The notes beneath the pieces are model-generated. The model made no database searches, was not told the DNA's origin, and worked only from the letters and a program-made list of their open reading frames with translations. 64,000 nucleotides of DNA, from contig CAJFCJ010000001.1 of assembly GCA_904063045.1 (NCBI GenBank), positions 2,108,001 to 2,172,000 on the forward strand. Reading direction: 5' to 3'. The position numbers and the translations under genes are program-made. The stretch comes from Dimorphilus gyrociliatus (taxonomy: Eukaryota > Animalia > Annelida). The stretch's first letter is position 1. Each line of letters starts with the position of its first letter. This document shows, piece after piece, positions 1 through 12,170 of this stretch.

Positions 1-785
1 TATTAAATTGAGTAAACACTAAGTTCCAAACTTCCAAAACGTCAGGTACATCCATATTAACTAAATGAGCAGCATCTCTATTTCCAATTCGATCAAAGTG
101 AATTTCTGTGCAGGGTCCACAAGTACCAAGGTCTCCCATGGCCCAAAAATTATCTTTGACGCCAAATGGCATAACCCTCTCCTTTGGAATTCTGAATAAA
201 GAAACCTATTAAGTTTTAAACAAAAATTGTGTGTCATATGTAAATCTGTACCCAAGGTTTATCCAAATATCTCTAGTCTCCAAATCAGCTTCTAATCCGA
301 GATCTTTGTCACCTCCAAAGTAAGTGATATATAATCTCTCCTTTGGCATTTTATAAACTTCAGTCAATAACTCCCAAGCCCATTCTATTGCTTCTGTCTT
401 GAAAAAATCACCAAATGACCAGTTACCCAGCATTTCAAAAAATGTATGGTGATAGACGTCTTTTCCCACATCATCCAAATCATTATGTTTACCTCCAGCT
501 CTGATGCACTTTTGACTATTGACAACTCTTTTCAGTTTTCCCAAATCGCTATTTGGATCAGCAATACCCAAAAGGACAGGTTTGAACTGAGAAAGAAATA
601 TGATGCAATCTTTCAGTAACTAATATGCACATGTGAAATACCTGGTTCATTCCTGCATTAGCGAACAATAGAGTTGGATCATCCAAAGGAATAGTTGATG
701 AAGAATGCCAGTATCTATGTTGCTTTTTCACAAAAAAGTCAATGAACATCTGACGAAGTTCGGAGGAAGTTAGGCTTGAGTTCAT
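1..785 (-). CDS. AARS1: Alanyl-tRNA synthetase, 5' portion (gene runs off the window start)
   Basis: Exons 785-642, 586-252, 191-<1 join in phase through GT-AG introns. Translation contains [34 protein letters not shown] and [23 protein letters not shown], all class II AlaRS signatures. Confidence 0.97.
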
Positions 786-1141
786 CTTAAATAATCTACA
801 ACAGAAATATAACACGTTGCATCAGCCGGAAGAATCAAAACTAGCAAAAATACAATGTAAAAGAAAAGTTGAAAGTTTTAGATAAAGTATAAAATTTGAA
901 AAAAATTGTAATAATGTTTAAGCTATTAACCTGTTATAGCCAAGTTGATCTTTGTCTTATAATTCGGATTATACGCAATAGTATGCTTGCCAAGAAAACG
1001 GAAATACAATTGTCAATTGAGCGAATGTTTTCCCAAAATTTTATGGAATTAGAACCAGTCTGTGTTCTAGTGTGGTTTTATGTATGCTGTCTCCATATCT
1101 CAATACCACATTCGCGCTAATTTTTACATTTTTTAGACGAA

Positions 1142-3156
1142 ATGGCTAACAATATGAATCTAAATATGAATGATGACGAACCCTTGGATCTGGATCTCCA
1201 TTTAAGCGATCCAACGGAATTAGTTAACTCAGGAATTCATGGCCTTCATGATGGTATGGCCGTTTCTTCATCTGTATATGAAGAAAACATGAATTATGGT
1301 TATTTGTCTACTGGAAGTCCTCTTCTTCAGATGTCTCGAGAAGACTCTCTTCCTAATCCTCAATCACCACCAGCGAGTCCGCAGTCAGCTGTTTCCGAGA
1401 GTAACAGCTACATTAATAGTCGTTCTCCTTCAAGAAACATGTCGCCACGGGGTAGTGGACCTGAATCTCCAGATAGCAGACACTCAAACTCGAGGAGCTA
1501 TGCAAGTAGTCGAGATGGATCTGTTGCTTCTATTAGAAGCTGCGACCGTTCACGCTCGAATTCAAGATCAAGATCAAGAAGTATCTCCTCGCAGAGGTCC
1601 AATTCAGTTGGTAGCAATATGAGCTCCCGCTCCAGGTCAAGAAGCCGACAATCTCGCAGCAAAAGCAGATCCCTAGCTCTATCACGCTCCGTTAGTCGAT
1701 CAAGCAGTGGACGTTCCAGATCAAGATCGGTTTCCAGATCGGTTTCTAGATCTGTTTCTAGGTCTCCTTCTAGATCTGTTTCTAGATCAGTTTCTCGATC
1801 AAGGTCGAGATCAAGATCCAGATCAGGTTCTCCTGTTGCCAGTAAAAGTAGAAAAAGGATAAGAGTTGGATCTGAAAGTGATAAAAGTGACAAAGAGTAA
1901 TTATTAAATATTATTGTAAGAAATTCTATATAACAATTTACCCTCATTCCAGATCCGATTCAGGAAAAGCTATTGCTGAAATTTTTGGATCCAGTGACGA
2001 AGAGGGAGAGTTTGAAGGTTTTGGAGAAGATGAGGTAAAAGTTTCCGAAAAAGAAAATGAAACAAATAAAGTAGTTCCTGATATGTCCGACGACTCTGGG
2101 GATGAGAAAAAGGACGAAAGACGGTAAAACTATTGAAATACCATTACAAATCACTAAATGCTACTCTTTCCAGCAATGATAATCTAGTTAGCGATTTTGA
2201 TATGATGATGGAGCGTAGAAAACAAGAAAATGCTAGAAATAGACGCAGACGTCGAAAACATGGTGTTGAGATTTTAAATTCTAATGATGATAAAATATCA
2301 GAACTCATTAGGAGAATGAAAGAAGCAGCTGAAGAAGATAGGAATTCAAATATTTCAAAACAACCTGCTATTCGAAAAATATCAATGTTACCTGTTGTTG
2401 AAGTTCAATTGCAGAGATCAGATCTGCATTTGGCCTTACTTGATATGAATATTTTGGGTGCAGTTACGGAATGGCTATCTCCATTACCTGACAAATCTTT
2501 GCCCAATCTTAAAATTCGAGAAAGATTGTTGAAACTTCTATCAGAATTTCCTATGATATCATCAGAATTGTTAAAGATGAGCGGAGTTGGAAAAGCCGTT
2601 ATGTATCTTCTCAAGCATCCAAAAGAGACTAAGGATAACAAAAAAATTGCTCAGAGATTAATTCAAGAATGGGCCCGACCTATATTCAATTTGAATAGTA
2701 ATTATTCCTCTTTATCAAAAGAAGAACGACTTGAACGAGATTATTCTCAACTACCAAAAAGAAAAAGGTGAAATATTTTGACTTTAAAAGATTGTAGGTT
2801 AACAGTTTTCCTTATTTTCTAGACCCACATCTGGCCCTTCAACCTCTGGTTCTTCTGAGAAACAGGTAAAACCAGGTGAGCCCGGGTGGATAAATAGAGC
2901 AAGAGTTCCTCAGCCATCGACCAAAGATTATGTAGTCAGACCTAAATGGAATGTAACGGAGAAACCAAAAGTATTGTTACCTTTATACTTCATTTATTTA
3001 CTAAACCATAATTACATTTTTTGTTAGGTTACAAAGAAAAAACTCTCTAGGTATGATAAACATAAAAGAGAAATGGAAGAAAGGAAAAAGCAAAGAAAAG
3101 CTCAATTAGGTCATGCTGTAACGATGTCAATTGAAGGTCGAAATTTGGCTTTGTAA
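1142..3156 (+). CDS. IWS1: IWS1 homolog (Spt6-interacting elongation factor) with an RS-rich N-terminus
   Basis: Exons 1142-1896, 1953-2123, 2174-2767, 2823-2970, 3028-3156 join in phase. TFIIS-N-like core ([44 protein letters not shown]), [18 protein letters not shown], and C-terminal [13 protein letters not shown]. Confidence 0.95.
1724..1795 (+). repeat. Coding 12-bp tandem repeat (AGATCNGTTTCY x6) encoding (RSVS)n in IWS1
   Basis: Six consecutive 12-mers read directly: agatcggtttcc, agatcggtttct, agatctgtttct, aggtctccttct, agatctgtttct, agatcagtttct. Confidence 0.85.
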
Positions 3157-3855
3157 AAATGAAATTGTGCGATATAACCGATAAAGATATGTCGATTGTG
3201 TTCGTAAACTGTCCAGATAGAGACGTTAGATTTATAAATGCTTTTGAACATTCGTTCAGGAAGATTTCCAAACTGTTATGTACTTTGCAAGAAATATAAA
3301 AATTTCGTTTCATTGAAGCCTAAACAATTAAAGTGGATATTCAACCTGCACGCGAATGATATACACTTTTAAAACTACTAAATCTATTCAACAGCAGAAT
3401 TCTAAGAAGAGGAATTTTTACGGAGTACTGCAATTTCAAGAAATCTTTATTTTACAAATCGTACTCTAAGGTTAATCATCGTTATACACTTGTTAAAATT
3501 ATTAAAAAATTTTTGTAATAAAATGTTCAAAGACAAGGAAAGTAGATATTTACATTTCAAACATCTGGAATTTCTAACTTGAAATATTTTCAAGATGGTA
3601 ATATAGAACTTCTAACGAATTGATTTTGTAAACTTTGAAGTACGTTCTGAAACAGATAAATTCTTTGAACTCTAATTTAATTCGGAAGTTTTAATAGATT
3701 AAGTAATTGTATACTTATCTTCAAATTGATACTTAGTGATTTAAACATCTTAGACGCTGATTACCCCTTTTGAAAGTTGAATACCAGTTTATACTCTGCG
3801 GACGACAATACCAAATGTTGACCTCTTTCTTGAATATAACCGGCATTGTATGTAA

Positions 3856-3863
3856 CATGTGAC
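3856..3863 (+). promoter_or_regulatory. MiT/TFE-type E-box (CATGTGAC, M-box/CLEAR-like) upstream of beta-galactosidase
   Basis: Motif lies just upstream of the GLB1 ATG at 3900. Lysosomal hydrolase genes are known TFEB/MITF targets. Function is inferred. Confidence 0.35.
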
Positions 3864-3899
3864 GTAAATAGAGGAGGTTTCCAGTCATATGAGTTGGTT

Positions 3900-5939
3900 A
3901 TGAAGATGTTTTCCAATACTCTTTTAACATTTGCATTTCTATTAACAGTTTTACCTGTAGCATTCTTTGTAAGTAACCATCTTTAATGTTCAAACAAAAG
4001 ATAACATAGGTTTTTGTTTAGGAAGAAACTTGCAAACGAACTTTCAAAGTTGATTACGATAAAAGAACTTTTTTGAAAGATTCAAAGCCTTTTCGATATG
4101 TCTCGGGCAGTTTGCACTACACCAGGGTTCCACCAGAGCTCTGGAAAGATCGCCTAACAAAGATGAAGTATGCTGGTTTAGACGCAATCCAAACGTATAT
4201 TTTAATTCTCTTTAGTTTTAATTTTTGTCTTTTAAATTTAATGCACTAATACATAAAGATACGTCCCTTGGAACCTTCATGAACCTAGCCCAGGTCTATA
4301 TCATTTCGAAGGAAATGCTGACCTAGAGCTATTTTTACAAACTGCAGCAGATGTGGGATTGCTGGTATTACTTAGACCAGGTCCTTATATTTGTGCCGAA
4401 TGGGACTTTGGTGGTTTTCCATCATGGTTAATTCAGCAAAATGCATCTACGGTATTAAGAACATCCGATCCGCGATTCATGAAACCGGCAGTAAGATGGC
4501 TATCATTCTTATATGAAAAACTTAAAAAATATACCTATTGCAATGGTGGCCCTATAATAATGGTTCAAATAGAAAATGAATATGGAAGTTATGGAGTTTG
4601 CGATAAAGTTTATATGAAAAATTTGGTAAAAATTGCTAAAAGTGTTTTGGGTGAAAGTATAGTCCTCTATACGACGGACGGAAATGTCGCTCAGGATCTA
4701 AAATGTGGGACATATCCAGGAGTTTTTGCAACCGTAGATTTCGGAACAGGACAAAATGTTTCTCAAGCATTTCAACCATTAGACCAGATGCAAAAGGGAC
4801 CAAGAGTCAATTCCGAATTCTATGTTGGATGGTTGGATTATTGGGGTTCACCACATGCAAAAGTCTCAACAGCAGCTATAATTAAATCCTTAAAAAATTT
4901 GTTAGATTACGGAGCAAGTGTAAATATGTAAATGTTTTTTCACTTTATAAGTTGACAAACATCTAAACAGTTGCTAATTTTGTTCAGGTATATGTTCGAA
5001 GGAGGAACTTCATTTGCTTATTGGAATGGTGCTGATCCTCCATTCAAAGTTTGCCCAACTTCATATGACTACGATGCTCCACTATCCGAAGCAGGTGATA
5101 TGACTTCGAAGTTTGAAGCTATACGCAAGCTTTTAGGAAAATACAAACAACTTTCACCTATGAATCCAGTCCCAAAAAATTCTACGAAATTAAATATTGG
5201 ACCAGTCAAAATGACAAAGATAGCTTCTATAACAGATACTAAACACATTGTTTTGGCTAAGTCTGTTTATCCAATCTCTCAAGAAGACTTATCTCAGTCT
5301 ATGGGATTTACTCTCTATAGGACTAATCTGTCAGAGCGTTTTTATCAAGCAATATTAAACGTGTCGGGAATAAGAGATAGGGGATATATAAGCGTAAATG
5401 GACTATATCAAGGAACAGTCGATAGAAATGAAAATACATTCCTTAATATATCTGGTGGCAAAGATCAAGTTTTAGATATTTTGGTTGAGAACCAAGGTAG
5501 AATAAACTTCGGTAGTCAAATAACACAGAATAGAAAAGGTCTAATTTCAAACGTTACGTTGAACAATCGTATACTAAAAAATTGGGAAATATCAAGAGTA
5601 GACCCACTACTTGTTAACGCAGTGAATAAGTCTCAATGTGCAAAAGGTCCAACAGTTTTTGAAGGAGTATTTAAAAGTCCCAGAGAACTTGGCGATATGT
5701 TTGCATATTTTCCCAATTGGACCAAAGGCCAACTATTCGTAAACGGTTACAATTTGGGACGCTACTGGCCCAAGAAAGGACCGCAGATTTCGCTCTATAT
5801 CCCATCGGCTATATTGCTTTCACCAGGCTATCATAATACTATTAGAATACTGGAATTGGAAGAAGTCGACTGTATCCAGAAAGGACATAATATCTATTTG
5901 AAAAATGTTCCAGATATCGACGGACCTACATCTTTGTAA
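3900..5939 (+). CDS. GLB1: Beta-galactosidase, glycoside hydrolase family 35 (lysosomal type, signal peptide)
   Basis: Exons 3900-3968, 4022-4194, 4259-4927, 4988-5939. Hydrophobic leader, [37 protein letters not shown], catalytic QIENEYG and [36 protein letters not shown]. Confidence 0.97.
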
Positions 5940-5997
5940 TCTATATTAAATAGACTCAAGACACTTTTAATGTAATAAAAGAATAGTATAAGCTATT

Positions 5998-6396
5998 TTA
6001 CAACTTTGGCAATAAATATGTTAAGATATCAAACTTTTCTCGTTTATGTTTCTCTGCTTTTCTCTTCTCACTTTCATTCGTCTTCTTTCTTGTCACTTGA
6101 CATGTTCTTTTTTGCTTTCTTCCTCTAGAATTATTATTAAGCGAAGCTTGTAATATTTGCTTTGGTATAAAACAGTTTGCTATATCACATGAGTCATTTC
6201 TTGCAGTTGCGTTATCAGTTGAGAATGTGACTGCCTTTTTATTTTCATTCGTTTCTTGATTATTATCCTTTGCATCCTGTTTGTTTGAAGATGAAATTTC
6301 TTCGTCATCTTCACTATCGCTTAGTATTTCATCAATAAGTCTGCAAGGTGACATCGGTGGTCTCCTTAAAGGGCTGTAAGACTGACTTCTAGACAT
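5998..6396 (-). CDS. Orphan single-exon 132-aa protein (Ser/Pro N-terminus, acidic stretch, basic C-terminus)
   Basis: ATG-initiated ORF with protein-like composition fills the gap between CYBA and GLB1. A minus-strand ATTAAA lies near 5966-5971. No family recognised. Confidence 0.5.
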   Translation of the reverse strand: MSRSQSYSPLRRPPMSPCRLIDEILSDSEDDEEISSSNKQDAKDNNQETNENKKAVTFSTDNATARNDSCDIANCFIPKQILQASLNNNSRGRKQKRTCQVTRKKTNESEKRKAEKHKREKFDILTYLLPKL

Positions 6397-6483
6397 AACT
6401 GACTATATCAACACTCTCTTTAAACTATATATGACACGTGTTTTATTATCAAAGCCTAAATAACAATTCTACAAATGTCAAAG

Positions 6484-7251
6484 TTATTGTTCAATATTTG
6501 TATTATCCCCAGGAAAGTTCTGATAAATTTCACTAAAATCGTTTCTCATAACAGGTCCTCTAGGGGCGGGCCTACTCGGTTGAAGGACCAGAGTCCGTTC
6601 TCCGGACTCATGGCTAACACATTTCCAAGATTCTCCCTTAAATGCCCCCTATAAAGTTAAGTGTTGTTAAAATATGAACACTGAATTACTGACTTATGGT
6701 AGTTTAACTTACGATTAAGTATAAAATTGACCCAAAAAGTAAACATAGGCCACCCATAATTGTCGGTAATAGAAAGCATGATGGAATGATTATTCTGTTA
6801 AATAAATATGTTAGAACTATACTAAAGATGTTTAAAATTCAAATAATATAAATTCAATTACATTAAATGAAAAATAAATCGAATGAAGTAATTTTTATAC
6901 AACCATCCTAATTTATCTAAGATCTTGCCCAAATAAGACTGATATAGTCTTTCTTTCGTTCGTCCTTTAAGCCTTTTTCCTCTTGGATATTCAATAATTG
7001 TCAAAATAGCGGATAAAGGTCTATTAAAATGGATAAAATGATAGATTAACTCCTTAAAGAAAATTGTAATGGATCATACATCAACGCGGCAGCAAATTGC
7101 CAGTTTGAAAATTTCCCAGCAACGCCAACAATTCCTCCAATGAATATAACTATAGAAATGAAAAGATCATCTGCAAGTATTAGTAATACATAGGAAACTC
7201 ACGACTGGCACTCAATACAGATTGTTCATTTGCCCACATTGACCATTCCAT
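6484..7251 (-). CDS. CYBA: Cytochrome b-245 light chain (p22phox), NADPH oxidase subunit
   Basis: Exons 7251-7203, 7149-7080, 7020-6862, 6794-6713, 6648-6484 join in phase. Translation: MEWSMWANEQSVLSAS-LIFIGGIVGVAGKFSNWQF-IIEYPRGKRLKGRTKER-KNYFIRFIFHL-GAFKGESW-LQPSRPAPRGP. This matches p22phox motifs (EWAMWANEQ, EYPRGKR, NYYVRAVLHL, RGEQW, Pro-rich tail). A short extra upstream exon (ATG near 7334) is possible. Confidence 0.93.
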
Positions 7252-7390
7252 GATTATAAATCTGAATCCTTTAATGGTAATTAAGATCGACACGATCAAG
7301 AAATTTACATGTCCGATATCGTAAAATCTGCCATTTCTATTTAATTGTAAATAATATTTGCAAATAACACAAATGTAGGCTAAAATATTC

Positions 7391-7398
7391 TCACGTGA
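7391..7398. promoter_or_regulatory. Palindromic E-box TCACGTGA in the CYBA/COX18 divergent promoter
   Basis: Perfect palindrome in the ~390-bp gap between divergent start codons. Confidence 0.35.
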
Positions 7399-7645
7399 TA
7401 CCGACTAACTGCGTTTCGAAACATTTATGTTTTTTTAAACTTAACTGGTAATAATATGTTATATTTCGTTAATATTTATCGTTATTGAAATGTCTTTAAG
7501 TATGATGTTTTTGGATTGAAAAAGTATATATTTTGTTGAATAATGACTCTTAAAAGTTCAACTATATCATAAACGATATCTGATAAACACTTTAATATAT
7601 TGAACTTTTCATGTGACTGACGAGTTGGGAGATTTTAAGCTTGAA

Positions 7646-8730
7646 ATGAATCGATATCTGCAGCCGGCTTTAAGGCTTAGATTAATATGTCCATCAAGTT
7701 ATACTCAAAAGAGGACATATAGCAAGACATTTGCAGAAAAATACCTATCTACAGACTTCCCTCCTATAGGTGCTGCAAATCAAATCTTAGAAACAGTTCA
7801 CGACTTCACTGGATTGCCATGGTGGGCTACAATTGCTATTACTACAGTTAGTTTAAGAACTGTTATAACTATGCCCCTTGCGATATACGGTCAACGAATA
7901 ATGGCGAAATTAGAGGCTCAACAGCCAGAACTTAAGGAAAAAGCTGGTATTCTATTGAGAGAAGTAGCTCATGCCAAAAAAGAACGAGGTTGGACTCAGA
8001 AGGAAGCCGAAGCTCAGTTTAAGTTAAATGTTAATATAATATTATCTATAATAAAACAATGCTAATACAATGTTATGTATGATTACTACAGCTGAAACGA
8101 ATAATTAAAGAAATCTATATAAGAGATAATAATCATCCCATGAAAAGTGGTTTGGTAATGATCTTTCAAATACCCCTATGGTTGTCAATGTCGTTTGCTT
8201 TGCGTAACATGACTGGCTCATTGCAGTTTGGAACAACAAGTATATTATTTTCAACAATTAAATAAATGCAGAATATAATATATATATATATATATATTTT
8301 TTTTTTCTAAATAGGGAACTCACCACTATGTCCCGATATGGCAAACGAAGGAACATTGTGGTTTCAAAATTTAATACTTCCAGATTCTACATGGCTATTA
8401 TCACTGTGCCTTGGAACAACGCAACTGGCTCTTTTAAAAGTATACTACTCTTAATATCTATCATCTTGTATATCATCTAAATAATACTTGTTTTTTTAGA
8501 TGTTCCCCATCAAAGGAGATGGAAAATTGGCTAAAACTATTAAGTATTCGTTAGGATTTTTTGCAGTTTTAATTGTTCCCATCAGTGCACAATTACCTGC
8601 CGCAATGACGTTTTACTGGCTAGTCTCATCTCTCTTTGGATTCTGTCAAAATTTACTTTTAAGGCATCCTTCTGTTAAGAAATTAATAAAGTCAAATATA
8701 AAAATAAAAAGTATAGAAAAACCATTATAG
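7646..8730 (+). CDS. COX18: Mitochondrial inner-membrane insertase COX18 (Oxa1/YidC family)
   Basis: Exons 7646-8029, 8092-8239, 8315-8439, 8500-8730. Basic presequence-like start, VHDFTGLPWWATIAITTVSLR, IYIRDNNHPMK, FQIPLWLSMSFALRNM, EGTLWFQNLILPD, AMTFYWLVSSLFGFCQNLLLRHP. Confidence 0.92.
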
Positions 8731-9099
8731 GATTAAATTTCGTTCACTTACTGAATAAAAAACCTCAGGTTTTAATGCTGCAAAGTGGTTTTATTTATTA
8801 AAGTGCTATTAAAACTGTTGTTTCCTAGACCTATCATTGGAGAATTATAATAAAATACCCCATAACTAACAGCCTTTTGAGTTATTTTTACTTTTATTCT
8901 AAATTATTCATGCAGAAAGTCTTTTTTACTGTAATATCGATTTTTTCGCAATTATCCATTAGTTACTTTACAGAGTTGTATTCTTATATTTTGGAATCGT
9001 ATTGAATAGCTATCTGAGAACTACGAAAGCCAAGCAGGTCATTGAAATACTATTAGGAAAATGTGCTTGAAATATTTTAGACCCGGGAAGAAATATCAC

Positions 9100-10261
9100 T
9101 TGTAATAAATGTTATTCTTAGAATTTAGGTACAACGACATATCTCCTAAAACAGTAATTCTTGGTAAATAGTTGAAAATACAGCCATTAACCTTGAGTTT
9201 ATCGGTAATGTCTTAGCTGGAAGCTGTATATAGAATTTCCACGGAACTCCATAACAACAACTAATCTGATGTTTTTCTCCCTAAGATGCTTTAAAATTAC
9301 CTGATTAGAAAACAACTTGGGTAAAAATATTGCTAGCATCCACCATCCTTCTTAACACGATAATAGCATTGTTATTAATAGCAATTATTCTATAATACAA
9401 AGAGAATAAACATTATTTATATAAAAGTTAAAAACAAGCAAAGTCCAATGAAATTATATATTTAATTTATTGCGTGACAATTATATTCTTAAAGGCTTTC
9501 TTCTATAATTTAGTTTCTAATATTTCATTTACCTGACACGTACAATTGAATAGCACGCAAAATTTAAATTTTGTCAATCTATTTTATTCCATTAAATCAA
9601 ATTCTACTTTCTAAAATGAATTACAAGAGACAAACGGACAAATTGACTTCCTTTCAAATTAAAATATGAAAACAAACTTAAAGTGAGAAGCTAATTGAAA
9701 TAAATATTTATTGAATTACTGAAGTTTCATTTAGTTGTTCTCTTTTTAATAGGAACTTATAATATACGGTCACTCTATAGCTTTCTGTAATAGTATTGTC
9801 TAATAATCTCGCAGCTCGAAAAAGCATTTGATCTACAGGTATAAGTACATCATACATGCTTTTATCTGTGAACCTAGTTAATTAAATAGAAAAGGAAAAG
9901 CTCTTTACATCTTTATAATTCTTTATTTAATAAATTTCAATGTACTTGTCCTACAAATTTCTATTCGCTATTCCTTGGTTTTTCTTCTATTGTAACTGAG
10001 ATTGTATGGGATGTATACTCTTTACAATAATTTAATTGTATCTATTTTATTTATTACCTGAATATTTCTGTACGAAAAATAAACTACACTGCTACGCATA
10101 TCGATTGTTTTTCTTAAAATAAAAAGACTCCAAATGTTTACCTTATCCTACTTATTCATCTTATTTTGTCATTGAAAGTATTTACCTAATATTTTACAGT
10201 TTTCGATTTGGTCTACTAGATAAATGTTCAAGAGAAGATGTAATAAATACAATATCTTCAT
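9100..10261 (-). other. Unresolved multi-exon locus or decayed gene (signal-peptide-like first exon plus exon-like fragments)
   Basis: Exon 10261-10186 encodes MKILYLLHLLLNIYLVDQIENCKIL with a G|GTAAAT donor. Several further minus-strand donors and a ~50-codon open exon (FTDKSMYDVLIPVDQMLFRAARLL...) follow, but I could not join them without in-frame stops. Confidence 0.2.
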
Positions 10262-10717
10262 TGTTTCTTTAATGATTTGTTTGTTATTCCTATTCTAAAT
10301 AGTTCTAATACACTTTGTCGTTGTAATTTTTAAGGATTAAACATTCTACATATGTAATCGTCCTTGGTATAAGGGATAATATAAACAATTTTAAAAACTT
10401 TGATCAAATATTGCCACGTTGAAATTGATTTTAGATGTACGTCACAAAAGTATTCCTGGTCAATGTATCCAAGTGACGTCCAACTAATAAAAGGAAGATA
10501 CTTTTCGTGACGTTTAAATTCATAATTTAGACATTTTTCACATGGTAAACGTAGGAATTAAGAGCAATTTATAAACTAGGACATCCATTTCTCTATTTAA
10601 ATGATTGAACGATGTTTAACTTGTCGACTTGCCATACAATAAACAACTTTTTATTTAAAAAATAAAACAAAACAACGTAAATATCAAAAAGTTTACACAA
10701 ATATTTAAAAACTAAAT

Positions 10718-11871
10718 TTATCTCTTTGCAAATTTGGAATCAAAATCGCCAGACCTCTTTTGTAAGTTATGTCTGTTTCTTCGTAATCTATCTTCTACTG
10801 TACTTGAGTTTGCGTGGTCAGCCATCATATGACTAATTTGAAACATTTATTTATAAAAGTAATTATTTTATTTGATTATAAAAACATACCTTAAGTAAAG
10901 ATTCTTTCGCCGTTCATTTAATCTCTCTTCTTCTTTCTTTTCCTGCTCTTTATGTCTTTTTATTGACTCATTTCTTTCTTCTTCTCTCCATTTTGCATTT
11001 TTCATCATATCCTGCCGCTTCCTCTCCTTTTCCTCTTCAGTTAATTTCTTTGTTTTATGACTTTTTTTATGTTTAATTTCAGGCGATTTTGATCGTTTAC
11101 GTTTTCTTTCCTTTTCCTTCTCTTCTTTTTTTTTGACCAATTCCAAGTACTTTTTATATATTTCATCACCAGAATCGGAGGAAGAGTCTCTTCGCTTCTT
11201 CTTTTTCTTTTTCTTTTTTTCTTTTTTTGGTTTTTGAACTATCTTTTGAAGCTCTTTCAACTTAATAGGATTTTGTAATAGTCTTTTTTTAGCCTCTTCT
11301 TCCTTCTGCTTAATCATAAAAAATGGATCTTCTTTCATTTTCGCCTGCATGTCTAACTCCGTTCGTCTTTTGATGACATCATCAAAGTTACTACCCGGAA
11401 CTGTTTCAGGTTTTTCTTTTTCATCTTTCAGAAAGTGTTTGTCTGGAATTTTTTTCCCTAAAAGGTATTCTTCTTCATCCACTTTATCGCCACTATACAT
11501 CCTATTATACAAATCATATTAACTTTTATATTGAGAAAGATTTTTACTTAACGTACCATTTCATTTGATCTTTAGAGCTGCCCTCAGATTCTGCAGGAAA
11601 TAAATACCATATCAAAATCATTTCTTAAATTAAAATTAATGATAAAAAATAGATTATTACTTTTCTGACAAATTTTTAAGCAACTCTATAAGACTACAAT
11701 GAGAAAATCTACTCAGATTTTAATTTAAATATCACATTTAGGGTATCTTAAAGATATCGACATAATATATCGTAATATACCTTTCTCCATTCGCTCCTTT
11801 AACATTTTTTGTAGTTTTCTTCTTTCATCAGGATCCATAGAATCTATATCTATATTTTTAGACTTGTTCAT
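10718..11871 (-). CDS. CWC25: CWC25-like spliceosome step-I factor (canonical N-terminal motif apparently absent)
   Basis: Exons 11871-11781, 11590-11557, 11501-10890, 10832-10718. Motifs KWMYSG-DEEEYLLGKKIPDK, DMQAKMKEDPFFMIKQKEEE-NPIKLKEL, MMKNAKWREEER, and C-terminal STVEDRLRRNRHNLQKR. Confidence 0.85.
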
Positions 11872-12162
11872 TTTTCACGATATAGAAATTTTAAAAGAAT
11901 CAATTGAAAGAAACGTTGGAAATTCGAAGGACCTGTAATCAATTGCAATGTTAGTTTAATAGTTAAATCGATCAAGATTTAAAAAGTTTTGCTTCTAAAA
12001 AAATATCGAATAAAACTAGCTATTATTATTTTTTTGCTTTCTTAAGTAGTATTTGTAACATACACAGTGTTCAATCAAAAATCTTAAAATCGGATTTATT
12101 TCATTGCTTAAAATATTTGTAACCGATTACTGACCATCCGATTAGTCGTCGATAATCGAGAG

Positions 12163-12170
12163 GTCACGTG
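12163..12170 (+). promoter_or_regulatory. E-box GTCACGTG in the CWC25/RBM33 divergent promoter
   Basis: Motif lies centrally in the ~550-bp gap between divergent ATGs. Confidence 0.3.

Noticed and set aside
1498-1947. 149-aa antisense ORF rich in LDLD/LETD
   Set aside because: Mirror of the IWS1 RS repeat. Stop-poor codons on the opposite strand explain it.
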